Source of the DNA: Clostridia bacterium
GTDB lineage: Bacteria > Bacillota > Clostridia > Christensenellales > Aristaeellaceae
Direction: 5' to 3'
Assembly (NCBI GenBank): GCA_017516765.1
Contig: JAFXBE010000045.1
Span: forward strand, 25,102 to 89,101
Length of the DNA: 64,000 nt
In this document: one piece after another, positions 37,224 through 44,683 of the stretch
Layout of the letters: each line of letters starts with the position of its first letter
Numbering within the stretch: position 1 is the stretch's first letter
The notes under the pieces: generated by a model
Told to the model about the DNA's origin: nothing
Databases searched by the model: none
The model's input: only the letters and a program-made list of their open reading frames with translations
Position numbers and translations under genes: made by a program

Positions 37224-38507
37224 TTATTCTTCCATCATCAAATTGAAATGAATCAGTTCTTCGTCACCGACAGTGAACGCTACACTTTCGGGGAATCGGA
37301 GCAGACCCGGCATTTGAGAAAGATACCGGCATACCCACTGCCCGTTGATCTGCGTTATATAGGGGGTAGCAGCCGCCATGTAATCCATTTCACTGTACTG
37401 AACAGTCTTGCCTTGTTCATCTATCAAGGTATACGCACCATACTTTTCAGCAAGGCTACGCGCGGCCTTTTCGCTATTCTCCTGGGGAATCATCCACAGA
37501 TCAATGCGCGTTTCCAGCGAAGAGAGGCGGAATTGTTCCACATGCAGCGTAGCATCAGCCAGCTCAACATCATCAGTTTCAGCAAAATCGCATGCGAAAG
37601 CCACAGATGCATCAAATTCGAAGGTGACCTTGATCTGAGCCGTTTCGTTCAGATGACTGTTATCGGGCAGATCATACAGCATGCCGGAGCCGTCAATAAC
37701 GGTATAACCTTCAGCAAGCCACTGTTCGTTTACCAGGTCTGCCTCTGTAGCAAAGATGGCATTTCGGAAGCTTTTCAGCGTATGCAGACTGTCTTCTGCT
37801 TCCGAACGGGCATCGCCGGTATAGCTTTCTACATTGGCTTGCATGCTGTCCGGCAGAAGAGCCACAGCGAATTTGTTTTCAGGCTTATAAACCACAAACG
37901 TCATTTCGCATGTGACCTTACCTTTGGTGATGTCACTCACATAAACTTCACCGCCGCCCACAACAGGATTGCGTTTGACAGGAAGAACATCCAGATGCGG
38001 ACTGGGAACCATCTGCGGTGCGTAGGGATCAGCAGTGCAGTACATCATTTGAACTTCTTTGCCGTCAAAGCTCATCATGGGATTGGCTGCAATTAGTACG
38101 GGCAGATCAGGCTGGTCATTTTCCATTTCATAGGAAAACGCCAGCTTTTCACCGTCAAATACCAAGCTGGTCATCCTGACGGTAATACCATCAACCGAGT
38201 TTTCGCCAATAACAGTCTGAGCCGTGGATTCAAGCTGTAAGCTTACAGGGGCATTGCCGATCAGCCAGCTCAGTACAGCAGGACGAGTCAGTGCAAAAGC
38301 GGTGGTTGCGAATACAAGCACCAAAGTCAGCACAAGAATTACAAGTTTAGAAGGGTTTCTTCCAAAAGTCTTTTTGTTCATTTTCTTTCCTTCCTTTTCA
38401 TGAGCGATACGCAGAACCCGCTGCGCCATCCGGGGATCGTCCTGAATGCCGGAAAGAGAGTTGTCAATTACACGCTGGACGATCTGCTTATCTTTGAAGT
38501 CTTCCAT
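37224..38507 (-). CDS. membrane-spanning anti-sigma factor candidate (DUF4179-like) with a different extracytoplasmic domain (427 aa)
   Basis: 20-nt overlap with the upstream sigma gene, and GGAGAGGAGG 7 nt upstream. N-terminus carries DDPRMAQRVL, then one TM (LVILVLTLVLVFATTAFAL) and about 340 aa outside. Confidence 0.65.
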   Translation of the reverse strand: MEDFKDKQIVQRVIDNSLSGIQDDPRMAQRVLRIAHEKEGKKMNKKTFGRNPSKLVILVLTLVLVFATTAFALTRPAVLSWLIGNAPVSLQLESTAQTVIGENSVDGITVRMTSLVFDGEKLAFSYEMENDQPDLPVLIAANPMMSFDGKEVQMMYCTADPYAPQMVPSPHLDVLPVKRNPVVGGGEVYVSDITKGKVTCEMTFVVYKPENKFAVALLPDSMQANVESYTGDARSEAEDSLHTLKSFRNAIFATEADLVNEQWLAEGYTVIDGSGMLYDLPDNSHLNETAQIKVTFEFDASVAFACDFAETDDVELADATLHVEQFRLSSLETRIDLWMIPQENSEKAARSLAEKYGAYTLIDEQGKTVQYSEMDYMAAATPYITQINGQWVCRYLSQMPGLLRFPESVAFTVGDEELIHFNLMMEE

Positions 38508-39021
38508 AACCTAACCTCCTCTCCAGCACGTCATGGAGTTTCTCTCTGGCGCGCTTTAGTCGAGTTGATACAGTAGAATGAGTGACGCCCAGTGCGTGAG
38601 CAATCTCATTCACATTCATGTTTTGCCAGTAGTACAGCATGACGACCTCTTTGAGCTTGGATGGCAGCTGCATAACATCGCACATTATATCGAGATCATC
38701 ATCGTCATCCGGCGGCAGAATTGCCTGCGGCAAATCTTCCGGCGTAATACGCCGATCATGGTGACGGAACCAGGCGGAACGCTGCATGTCCCGGCAAGTG
38801 TTCATAGCGATCCGGATCAACCAGGTCTTCTCGCTGCATTCCCCACGGAAAGAATCCAGCGACTGGTATGCTTTGAGGAATGTATCCTGCGTGGCATCTT
38901 TCGCCTGTTCCATATCCCGAAGGTAAATGTAACACATGCGGAGCAGCAATCCCTGATATTGGTTCACCATCTGAACCAGCACCCGGTCACGGTCGTTGCC
39001 CGGATCCTTGACAACTTCCAT
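38488..39021 (-). CDS. ECF-type RNA polymerase sigma-70 family factor, paralog of 36560..37084 (177 aa)
   Basis: AKDATQDTFLKAYQSLDSF...TWLIRIAMNTCRDM and region 4 HTH (VNEIAHALGVTHSTVSTRLKRA). Confidence 0.88.
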   Translation of the reverse strand: MEVVKDPGNDRDRVLVQMVNQYQGLLLRMCYIYLRDMEQAKDATQDTFLKAYQSLDSFRGECSEKTWLIRIAMNTCRDMQRSAWFRHHDRRITPEDLPQAILPPDDDDDLDIMCDVMQLPSKLKEVVMLYYWQNMNVNEIAHALGVTHSTVSTRLKRAREKLHDVLERRLGYGRLQR

Positions 39022-39230
39022 TCGTTGCTCACCTCCTTCGATGATGTAGACGAGATAGAAATGCCATTATGTCGATCATTCAGAGAAAATTTCAAAAGAA
39101 TTGTATATCATTGGGAGGGGTGTGTCACGCAAGATGTGTGTATGCTTGCTTGTGATTGCGTCGGTCTCCGGTTTTCGTATGAGAGACGGTCAGGTGGTGG
39201 TCGTGTTGGCTGCTCCTTTCGCAATGAAAA

Positions 39231-39271
39231 CAGCGGTTATGACGAAGTTTTTTCTTTCGTCATAACCGCTG
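39231..39271 (-). terminator. rho-independent terminator after the ABC-SDR operon
   Basis: CAGCGGTTATGACGAA...TTCGTCATAACCGCTG, a 16-bp perfect stem, followed on the minus strand by TTTTCATT. Confidence 0.85.
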
Positions 39272-39374
39272 CCATTCATCACAAACGAGCTGCAGTTACG
39301 ATGTGATTTGGAAGGATAAAACCTTCCTTTACATCATTTTGGTTCTGCCGGTCGGTTTTGCTGTATCCATGGTT

Positions 39375-40088
39375 TTACCAGGGGTATTCCTCCCCGGAAT
39401 AGGTAACGAAGATGGGGCCTTCCTTGTCGCGCCGCTTGGCTTCGAACATCAGGCGCATGGTCTGGGCATGCTCATAGGGATCGAAGGGGGCTTTGGCATT
39501 GCCGGGGTTGGTGCGCATCCAGCCCGGATGCACACAGATGATGTTCATCTTCGGCTCATCCTTGAACTTGTTGTGCAGGGTTTTGGTAGCCATGTTCAGC
39601 GCAGCCTTTGCCATGCCGTAATCGATGTAGGTGGAACGGTAGCATGCACCGATGCTGCCTGCTTCGGAGGAAATGTTCACGATCAGGGCGGCTTCGCTTC
39701 TGCGCAGCATGGGCAGGAAGGCCTTGATCACCCGCAGGGGGCCGACGGTTGCCACGTTCAGCGCGGGCATGACCGTATCCAGATCGAAATCCTCCAGCTC
39801 CTTGTTGGTATCGGGCGAGGTGGTAACGGCATTGTTGATGAGCAGATCCAGGCAGGGCGCAAGCTGCGCGGCTTCGGCTGCTGCTGCGTTTACCGATGCG
39901 GTATCGCCGATATCCATTGTCAGGATGTGCAGGGTGTCGGGGTAGGATTCCCTGAGCGCTTCAAGAGCGGGGGAGGGCTTGCGCACGCAGGCGAAGACCC
40001 GGTCGCCCGCCTCCAGATAGCGGCGCACAAAGTTGAAGCCCAGCGCCATTTCTCTGCCGGTTCCGGTAACCAGTACATTCTGTTTCAT
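39375..40088 (-). CDS. SDR-family oxidoreductase with atypical cofactor motif (237 aa)
   Basis: NNAV, the Ser region NISSEAGS and catalytic YGMAK are present. The N-terminal motif is TGTGREMALG instead of TGxxxGxG. AAGGAG lies upstream. Confidence 0.8.
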   Translation of the reverse strand: MKQNVLVTGTGREMALGFNFVRRYLEAGDRVFACVRKPSPALEALRESYPDTLHILTMDIGDTASVNAAAAEAAQLAPCLDLLINNAVTTSPDTNKELEDFDLDTVMPALNVATVGPLRVIKAFLPMLRRSEAALIVNISSEAGSIGACYRSTYIDYGMAKAALNMATKTLHNKFKDEPKMNIICVHPGWMRTNPGNAKAPFDPYEHAQTMRLMFEAKRRDKEGPIFVTYSGEEYPW

Positions 40089-40103
40089 TGTTGCTCGCTC
40101 CTT

Positions 40104-41972
40104 TTATTCTTCTTCGTCACGGACGGATGTTTCACCTGCGCCCTCCAGAGCTTCCAGCATCTTGCCGAACTGGGTATCGAACAGTTTCTTGTACACGCCG
40201 TTCTTCTCCAGCAGCTCTTCGTGCCGCCCGCTTTCGGCGATCACGCCGTCGGACAGGGCAAGGATCCGGTCGGCTGCCATGATGGTGGAAAGCCGGTGGG
40301 CGATCACGATGCTGGTGCGCCCCTTCATGACCACTTCAAGCGCATCCTGTATTGCGCTTTCGGAGATGGAGTCCAGGGCAGAGGTAGCTTCGTCAAGGAT
40401 CAGTATATCGGGATCCTTCAGAATGACCCGGGCGATAGAGATGCGCTGCTTCTCGCCGCCGGATAGCTTCAGACCCCGGTTGCCCACCGGGGTATCATAC
40501 CCTTCGGGCTGGGCGGCGATAAAATCGTGGATGGAAGCCGCTTTGCAGGCGGCAATCAGTTCCTCTTCGGTGGCGTCTTCCTTGGCATAGAGCAGATTTT
40601 CCCGGATGGTGCCGTTGAACAGGTAGGTATCCTGCGATACAACGCCGATCCGGCTGCGCAGATACGTCAGGTCGTAATCCCGCACATCCACGCCGGCAAT
40701 GGAGACCGAACCGTCCCACACATCGTACAGGCGGGGGATAAAGTTGATGATCGTGCTCTTGCCGCTGCCGGAAGGACCGACGATGGCGACCATCTGCCCC
40801 GGCTCCACGGTAAAGTGGATGTCATGAAGCAGCTCCTGGTCGGGCAGATAGCCGAAGCGTACATGATCGAATGCGATGCTGCCACCCTCCACTTCGGGCT
40901 TTACCGCGTTCTCCGGCGATTTGATATCGATGCTGCGGTCAAAATAATCAAAGATACGGGTAAAGAGGGCAAGGCTGCGGGTAAAATCCACCTGAATATT
41001 CAGAAGGGATTCTACCGGACGGTACAGCCGGTTCACCAACGCCACCATGGCGGTGATGGTACCCACCGTAAGCGTGGGGTCAATACCTCTGATGATCAGA
41101 TAACCGCCGGCAAAGTAGATCAGCAGCGGGCCGATCTGGGTAAAGATGCCCATCATCATAAAGAACCAGCGTCCGCTCAGCTGCTCCTTCAGGGCGAGCT
41201 TTGTTACATCGCCGTTGGCTTTTTCAAACTTCCGGTACTCGGTTTCCTCACGTGTAAAGAGCTTGGTGAGCATGCTGCCGCTTACGCTCAGGGTTTCGTT
41301 GATCAGCTGGTTCAGCTCGTCGTTCTTTGCCTGGCTCTCGCTGAGCAGCTTCCACCGGGTGCGGCCTGCCGAGCGGGTGGGCAGGATCAGCAGGGGAATT
41401 ACGCAGATGCCCACCAGCGCCATTTTCCAGTTCATGCCAAAAAGGGCAAACAGGGTGGTGATCACCGTTGCCACATTGCTGAGGATGCTGCTGAGCGTGC
41501 CGCTGATCACTGAGGAAACGCCGCTTACGTCGGTGTTCATCCGGGTGATGATGTCGCCCTGCCGCTCGCTGGTGAAAAACGCATGGCTCATCTGCTGCAG
41601 ATGACGGTACATCTGGTTCTTCATATCAAAGATGATGTGCTGGGAGATCCATGCATTCAGATAGGTGGTCAGCAGGGATACACCCTGGCTGGCGAACATG
41701 GTGATCAGCGCCGCCAGCAGCAATTTGATCAGCAGCTTCATGTTCTCGCCCACCAGCGCCTGATCCACGATCCGACCGGTGATGATGCTGGGCAGAAGCC
41801 CCAGCACGGAGGATATGAGGATGGTGGCAAACACCATCAGAAATTTTGCCCAATAGGGGGTCAGGTAGCCTGCGATCCGTTTGATGAGCGAGCCGGTAAC
41901 CTTAGGCAGATTGGCTTTTTCCTCGTCGGTCAGAAACCCTCTTGGCCCCATGGGGCCGTGCATTCGTGCCAT
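40104..41972 (-). CDS. ABC exporter-type fused permease/ATPase (probably homodimeric) (about 622 aa)
   Basis: Walker A GPSGSGKST, signature LSGGEKQR, Walker B ILILDEATS. The start is ambiguous (ATG 41972 preferred on SD spacing; 41978 is possible). Confidence 0.88.
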   Translation of the reverse strand: MARMHGPMGPRGFLTDEEKANLPKVTGSLIKRIAGYLTPYWAKFLMVFATILISSVLGLLPSIITGRIVDQALVGENMKLLIKLLLAALITMFASQGVSLLTTYLNAWISQHIIFDMKNQMYRHLQQMSHAFFTSERQGDIITRMNTDVSGVSSVISGTLSSILSNVATVITTLFALFGMNWKMALVGICVIPLLILPTRSAGRTRWKLLSESQAKNDELNQLINETLSVSGSMLTKLFTREETEYRKFEKANGDVTKLALKEQLSGRWFFMMMGIFTQIGPLLIYFAGGYLIIRGIDPTLTVGTITAMVALVNRLYRPVESLLNIQVDFTRSLALFTRIFDYFDRSIDIKSPENAVKPEVEGGSIAFDHVRFGYLPDQELLHDIHFTVEPGQMVAIVGPSGSGKSTIINFIPRLYDVWDGSVSIAGVDVRDYDLTYLRSRIGVVSQDTYLFNGTIRENLLYAKEDATEEELIAACKAASIHDFIAAQPEGYDTPVGNRGLKLSGGEKQRISIARVILKDPDILILDEATSALDSISESAIQDALEVVMKGRTSIVIAHRLSTIMAADRILALSDGVIAESGRHEELLEKNGVYKKLFDTQFGKMLEALEGAGETSVRDEEE

Positions 41973-42032
41973 AGACATGCATCCTTTCAACAACAATGTT
42001 AGAATGTAGTAATAATTGTATGCTATATAATC

Positions 42033-42062
42033 AGTATAACACCACGATCATTGTTGTTGCAA
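42033..42062 (-). promoter_or_regulatory. sigma-70-type promoter for the ABC-SDR operon
   Basis: Minus strand reads TTGCAA (42057..42062), an 18-nt spacer ending GTGT, then TATACT (42033..42038). Confidence 0.5.
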
Positions 42063-42138
42063 CAGAAACAGCATATATAGTGCAAGACAGAAGAAAAACA
42101 AAATTCGCAAAACTGCCCTTTACAGGGGTCACACCCCC

Positions 42139-42167
42139 TTGAAAAACAAAAAGGAGTATGATAATAT
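42139..42167 (+). promoter_or_regulatory. sigma-70-type promoter for the Opp-like operon
   Basis: TTGAAA (42139..42144), 17-nt spacer ending ATGA (TGn), TAATAT (42162..42167). Confidence 0.55.
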
Positions 42168-42173
42168 AAATCA

Positions 42174-42458
42174 AGGTTCTGCGGGAGCCATCCGACGGTT
42201 GTGATGTAACCGGATCGCTTGTACGGCCGCAGAAAAACAAATGACAGAAAGCTTTGTTCGGTTACGCACCGCAGGTGCGTCCTGTGCATGACAGCAAATG
42301 CGCGCATTTGCATGCTGCTACGCAGCATGCAGACATTCCTCACCGAGGCGTTTTTCGAACTGTCTGCCCAAACGTTTGTCCTGCACCGAAACAGCCTTTC
42401 CACCGTTCATACGCACCCGAGAGGGTGTTATGGAAATAAATAAGGGAGAGAAACTATC
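42174..42458 (+). promoter_or_regulatory. long hairpin-rich 5' leader of the Opp-like operon (class unknown)
   Basis: Multiple stems are visible: TTCTGCGG...CCGCAGAA (42177..42236) enclosing CGGTT-gtgatgt-AACCG, AACAAA...TTTGTT, ACGCACC-gca-GGTGCGT (42264..42280), the 18-bp palindrome GCAAATGCGCGCATTTGC (42294..42311), GCATGCTG-ctacg-CAGCATGC (42310..42330) and CACCC-gaga-GGGTG near the RBS. Confidence 0.45.
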
Positions 42459-44588
42459 ATGAAGAAGATCCTTGCATTGGTCCTGGCTCTTGCCATGATG
42501 CTGAGCGTCGTTTCTGCTTTTGCAGAAGAGTTCGACGTAGAAGCTTATGGCGTAACCTCCACCGAGCTCTACAACAAGAATCTCGGCGAGTTCTACGAAG
42601 TTTACTCTGCTGCCCGCAGCGAAGTGAACAACCTGTCCCTGCGCTTTGCCCAGATGGCTGTTGCTGAAGCCAAGCTGCTGGAGAGTGCCGTGTATGTTCC
42701 CGGCAGCTCCAACGGCGGTAACTACGCCATCGGCCGCAACGCCGCCAACACCGCCACCTCCGTTCTGTGGGGCAACGACAGCTATCGTTACCACGATATG
42801 GTTATCGTGAACGAAGATCCCGTTACCTCCGAGCAGTGGGATACCATGAAGGCCAAGTGGGCCGAGCTGGCCGGCACCGGCACCTACGAGCAGTGGGTGA
42901 AGGATTATCTGGCTGGCGAAGGCTACACCTTCAACACCGAGTATGCTCTGGGCTACAGCTCCGATCCCCAGACCTGGGACGTGCTGGCTACCTCCCGTGC
43001 CGCCGACTCCGAAGCCATCGTTAACACCTACGACGGCCTGGTAGAGTACGACATGGAGAACGTCATGCAGCCCGCTCTGGCTACCGAGTGGTCCGTCTCC
43101 GAAGACAACCTGACCTACACCTTCAAGATCCGCGAAGGCGTTGTGTGGGTTGACAGCCAGGGCCGTAAGGTAGACGATGTTACCGCCGACGACTTCGTTG
43201 CCGGTATGAACCACATGCTGGACGCTCTGGGCGGCCTGGAATACCTGGTCGGCTCTCAGGGCGGCTGCGGCATCGTGAATGCCCAGCAGTACATCGACGG
43301 CGAGATCACCGACTTCTCTCTGGTCGGCGTCAAGGCTGTTGACGAGTACACCCTGCAGTACACCCTGGAGCAGCCCGCTCCCTACTTCATGACCATGCTG
43401 GGCTACGGCGTGTTCGCTCCCATGAGCCGCGAATACTTCCAGTCCCAGGGCGGCGTGTTCGGCGCTGAGTATGCCGACGTTTCCGCTTCCGAAACCTACC
43501 TCTACGGCAAGGATCCCGATCACATTGCCTACTGCGGTCCCTATGTTGTTACCAACCTGACTCCCGAAAACACCATCGTGTTCTCCGCTAACGAGTCTTA
43601 CTGGAACAAGGACAACATCAACATCAAGACCATCACCTGGAAGTTCAACGACGGCCAGGATGCTCTGAAGGCTTACAACGACATGAAGGCCGGCGTTCTC
43701 GCCTCCTCCGGTCTGAACGCTTCCGCTCTGGAAGTTGCCAAGCAGGACGGCTGGTTCGACAAGTACGTTCGCGTATCTGCCACCGACGCTACCTCCTTCG
43801 GTACCTTCATGAACATCAACCGTAACGCTTTTGCCAACGTGTCCGACGGCGCTGTGGCCTCCACTCAGACCCCTGAGCAGGCTGCCCGCACCATGGCCGC
43901 CATGCAGAACGTGCACTTCCGCCGCGCCATCGCCATGGGCTATGACCGCGCTGCCTACAACGCCCAGACTGTCGGCGAAGAGCTGAAGCTGGCCTCCGTT
44001 ATCAACTCCTACACCCCCGGCAACTTCGCCCAGCTGACCGAAGACGTGACCATCGCCATCAACGGCGTGGACACCACCTTCCCTGCCGGCACCTACTACG
44101 GCGCCATCATGCAGGCTCAGATGGATGCTGACAAGTTCCCCGTAAAGGTTTGGGATCCCACTCTGGAAGGTGGCGCCGGTGCTTCCTTCGGCTTCGACGG
44201 CTGGTACAACCCCGCCAACGCCAAGGCTGAGCTGGATATCGCCATCGCCGAGCTGGCTGCCGAAGGCATCGTAATCGACGCCGAGAACCCCATCTATCTG
44301 GATCTGCCCGCCTACGTGGCCAACAGCATCTACAACAACCGTGCTCAGGTTATCGTTACCAGCATCGAAGAGTCTCTCGGCGGTCTGGTAAAGGTTAACA
44401 AGACCGAAGCCAACACCGGTACCGAATGGTACTACGCCGGCTACTACACCGACTTCGGTTATGAAGCCAACTACGACCTGTACGACGTGTCCGGCTGGGG
44501 CCCCGACTACGGCGATCCTCAGACCTATCTGGATACCTTCCTGCCCGACTACGCAGGCTACATGGTCAAGTGCACCGGTATCTTCTAA
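42459..44588 (+). CDS. ABC transporter substrate-binding protein, family 5 (peptide/nickel/opine type), unusually long (709 aa)
   Basis: Signal peptide MKKILALVLALAMMLSVVSAFA with no lipobox Cys. SBP_bac_5-like core (ALATEWSVSEDNLTYTFKIREGVVWVD...). Confidence 0.85.
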   Translation: MKKILALVLALAMMLSVVSAFAEEFDVEAYGVTSTELYNKNLGEFYEVYSAARSEVNNLSLRFAQMAVAEAKLLESAVYVPGSSNGGNYAIGRNAANTATSVLWGNDSYRYHDMVIVNEDPVTSEQWDTMKAKWAELAGTGTYEQWVKDYLAGEGYTFNTEYALGYSSDPQTWDVLATSRAADSEAIVNTYDGLVEYDMENVMQPALATEWSVSEDNLTYTFKIREGVVWVDSQGRKVDDVTADDFVAGMNHMLDALGGLEYLVGSQGGCGIVNAQQYIDGEITDFSLVGVKAVDEYTLQYTLEQPAPYFMTMLGYGVFAPMSREYFQSQGGVFGAEYADVSASETYLYGKDPDHIAYCGPYVVTNLTPENTIVFSANESYWNKDNINIKTITWKFNDGQDALKAYNDMKAGVLASSGLNASALEVAKQDGWFDKYVRVSATDATSFGTFMNINRNAFANVSDGAVASTQTPEQAARTMAAMQNVHFRRAIAMGYDRAAYNAQTVGEELKLASVINSYTPGNFAQLTEDVTIAINGVDTTFPAGTYYGAIMQAQMDADKFPVKVWDPTLEGGAGASFGFDGWYNPANAKAELDIAIAELAAEGIVIDAENPIYLDLPAYVANSIYNNRAQVIVTSIEESLGGLVKVNKTEANTGTEWYYAGYYTDFGYEANYDLYDVSGWGPDYGDPQTYLDTFLPDYAGYMVKCTGIF

Positions 44589-44626
44589 TACCGCGCTTCA
44601 AGACCATTAACGGTACCTAAATCAGC

Positions 44627-44662
44627 GATACGGGAGTGAGGCTTTTGCCTCACCCCCGTATC
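44627..44662 (+). other. intercistronic stem-loop after the SBP gene
   Basis: GATACGGGAGTGAGGC-tttt-GCCTCACCCCCGTATC, a 16-bp stem with one mismatch and no T-tail. This is typical of SBP-transcript stabilisers or partial attenuators in ABC operons. Confidence 0.6.
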
Positions 44663-44683
44663 GTGCTATCGAGAGATGAGAAT

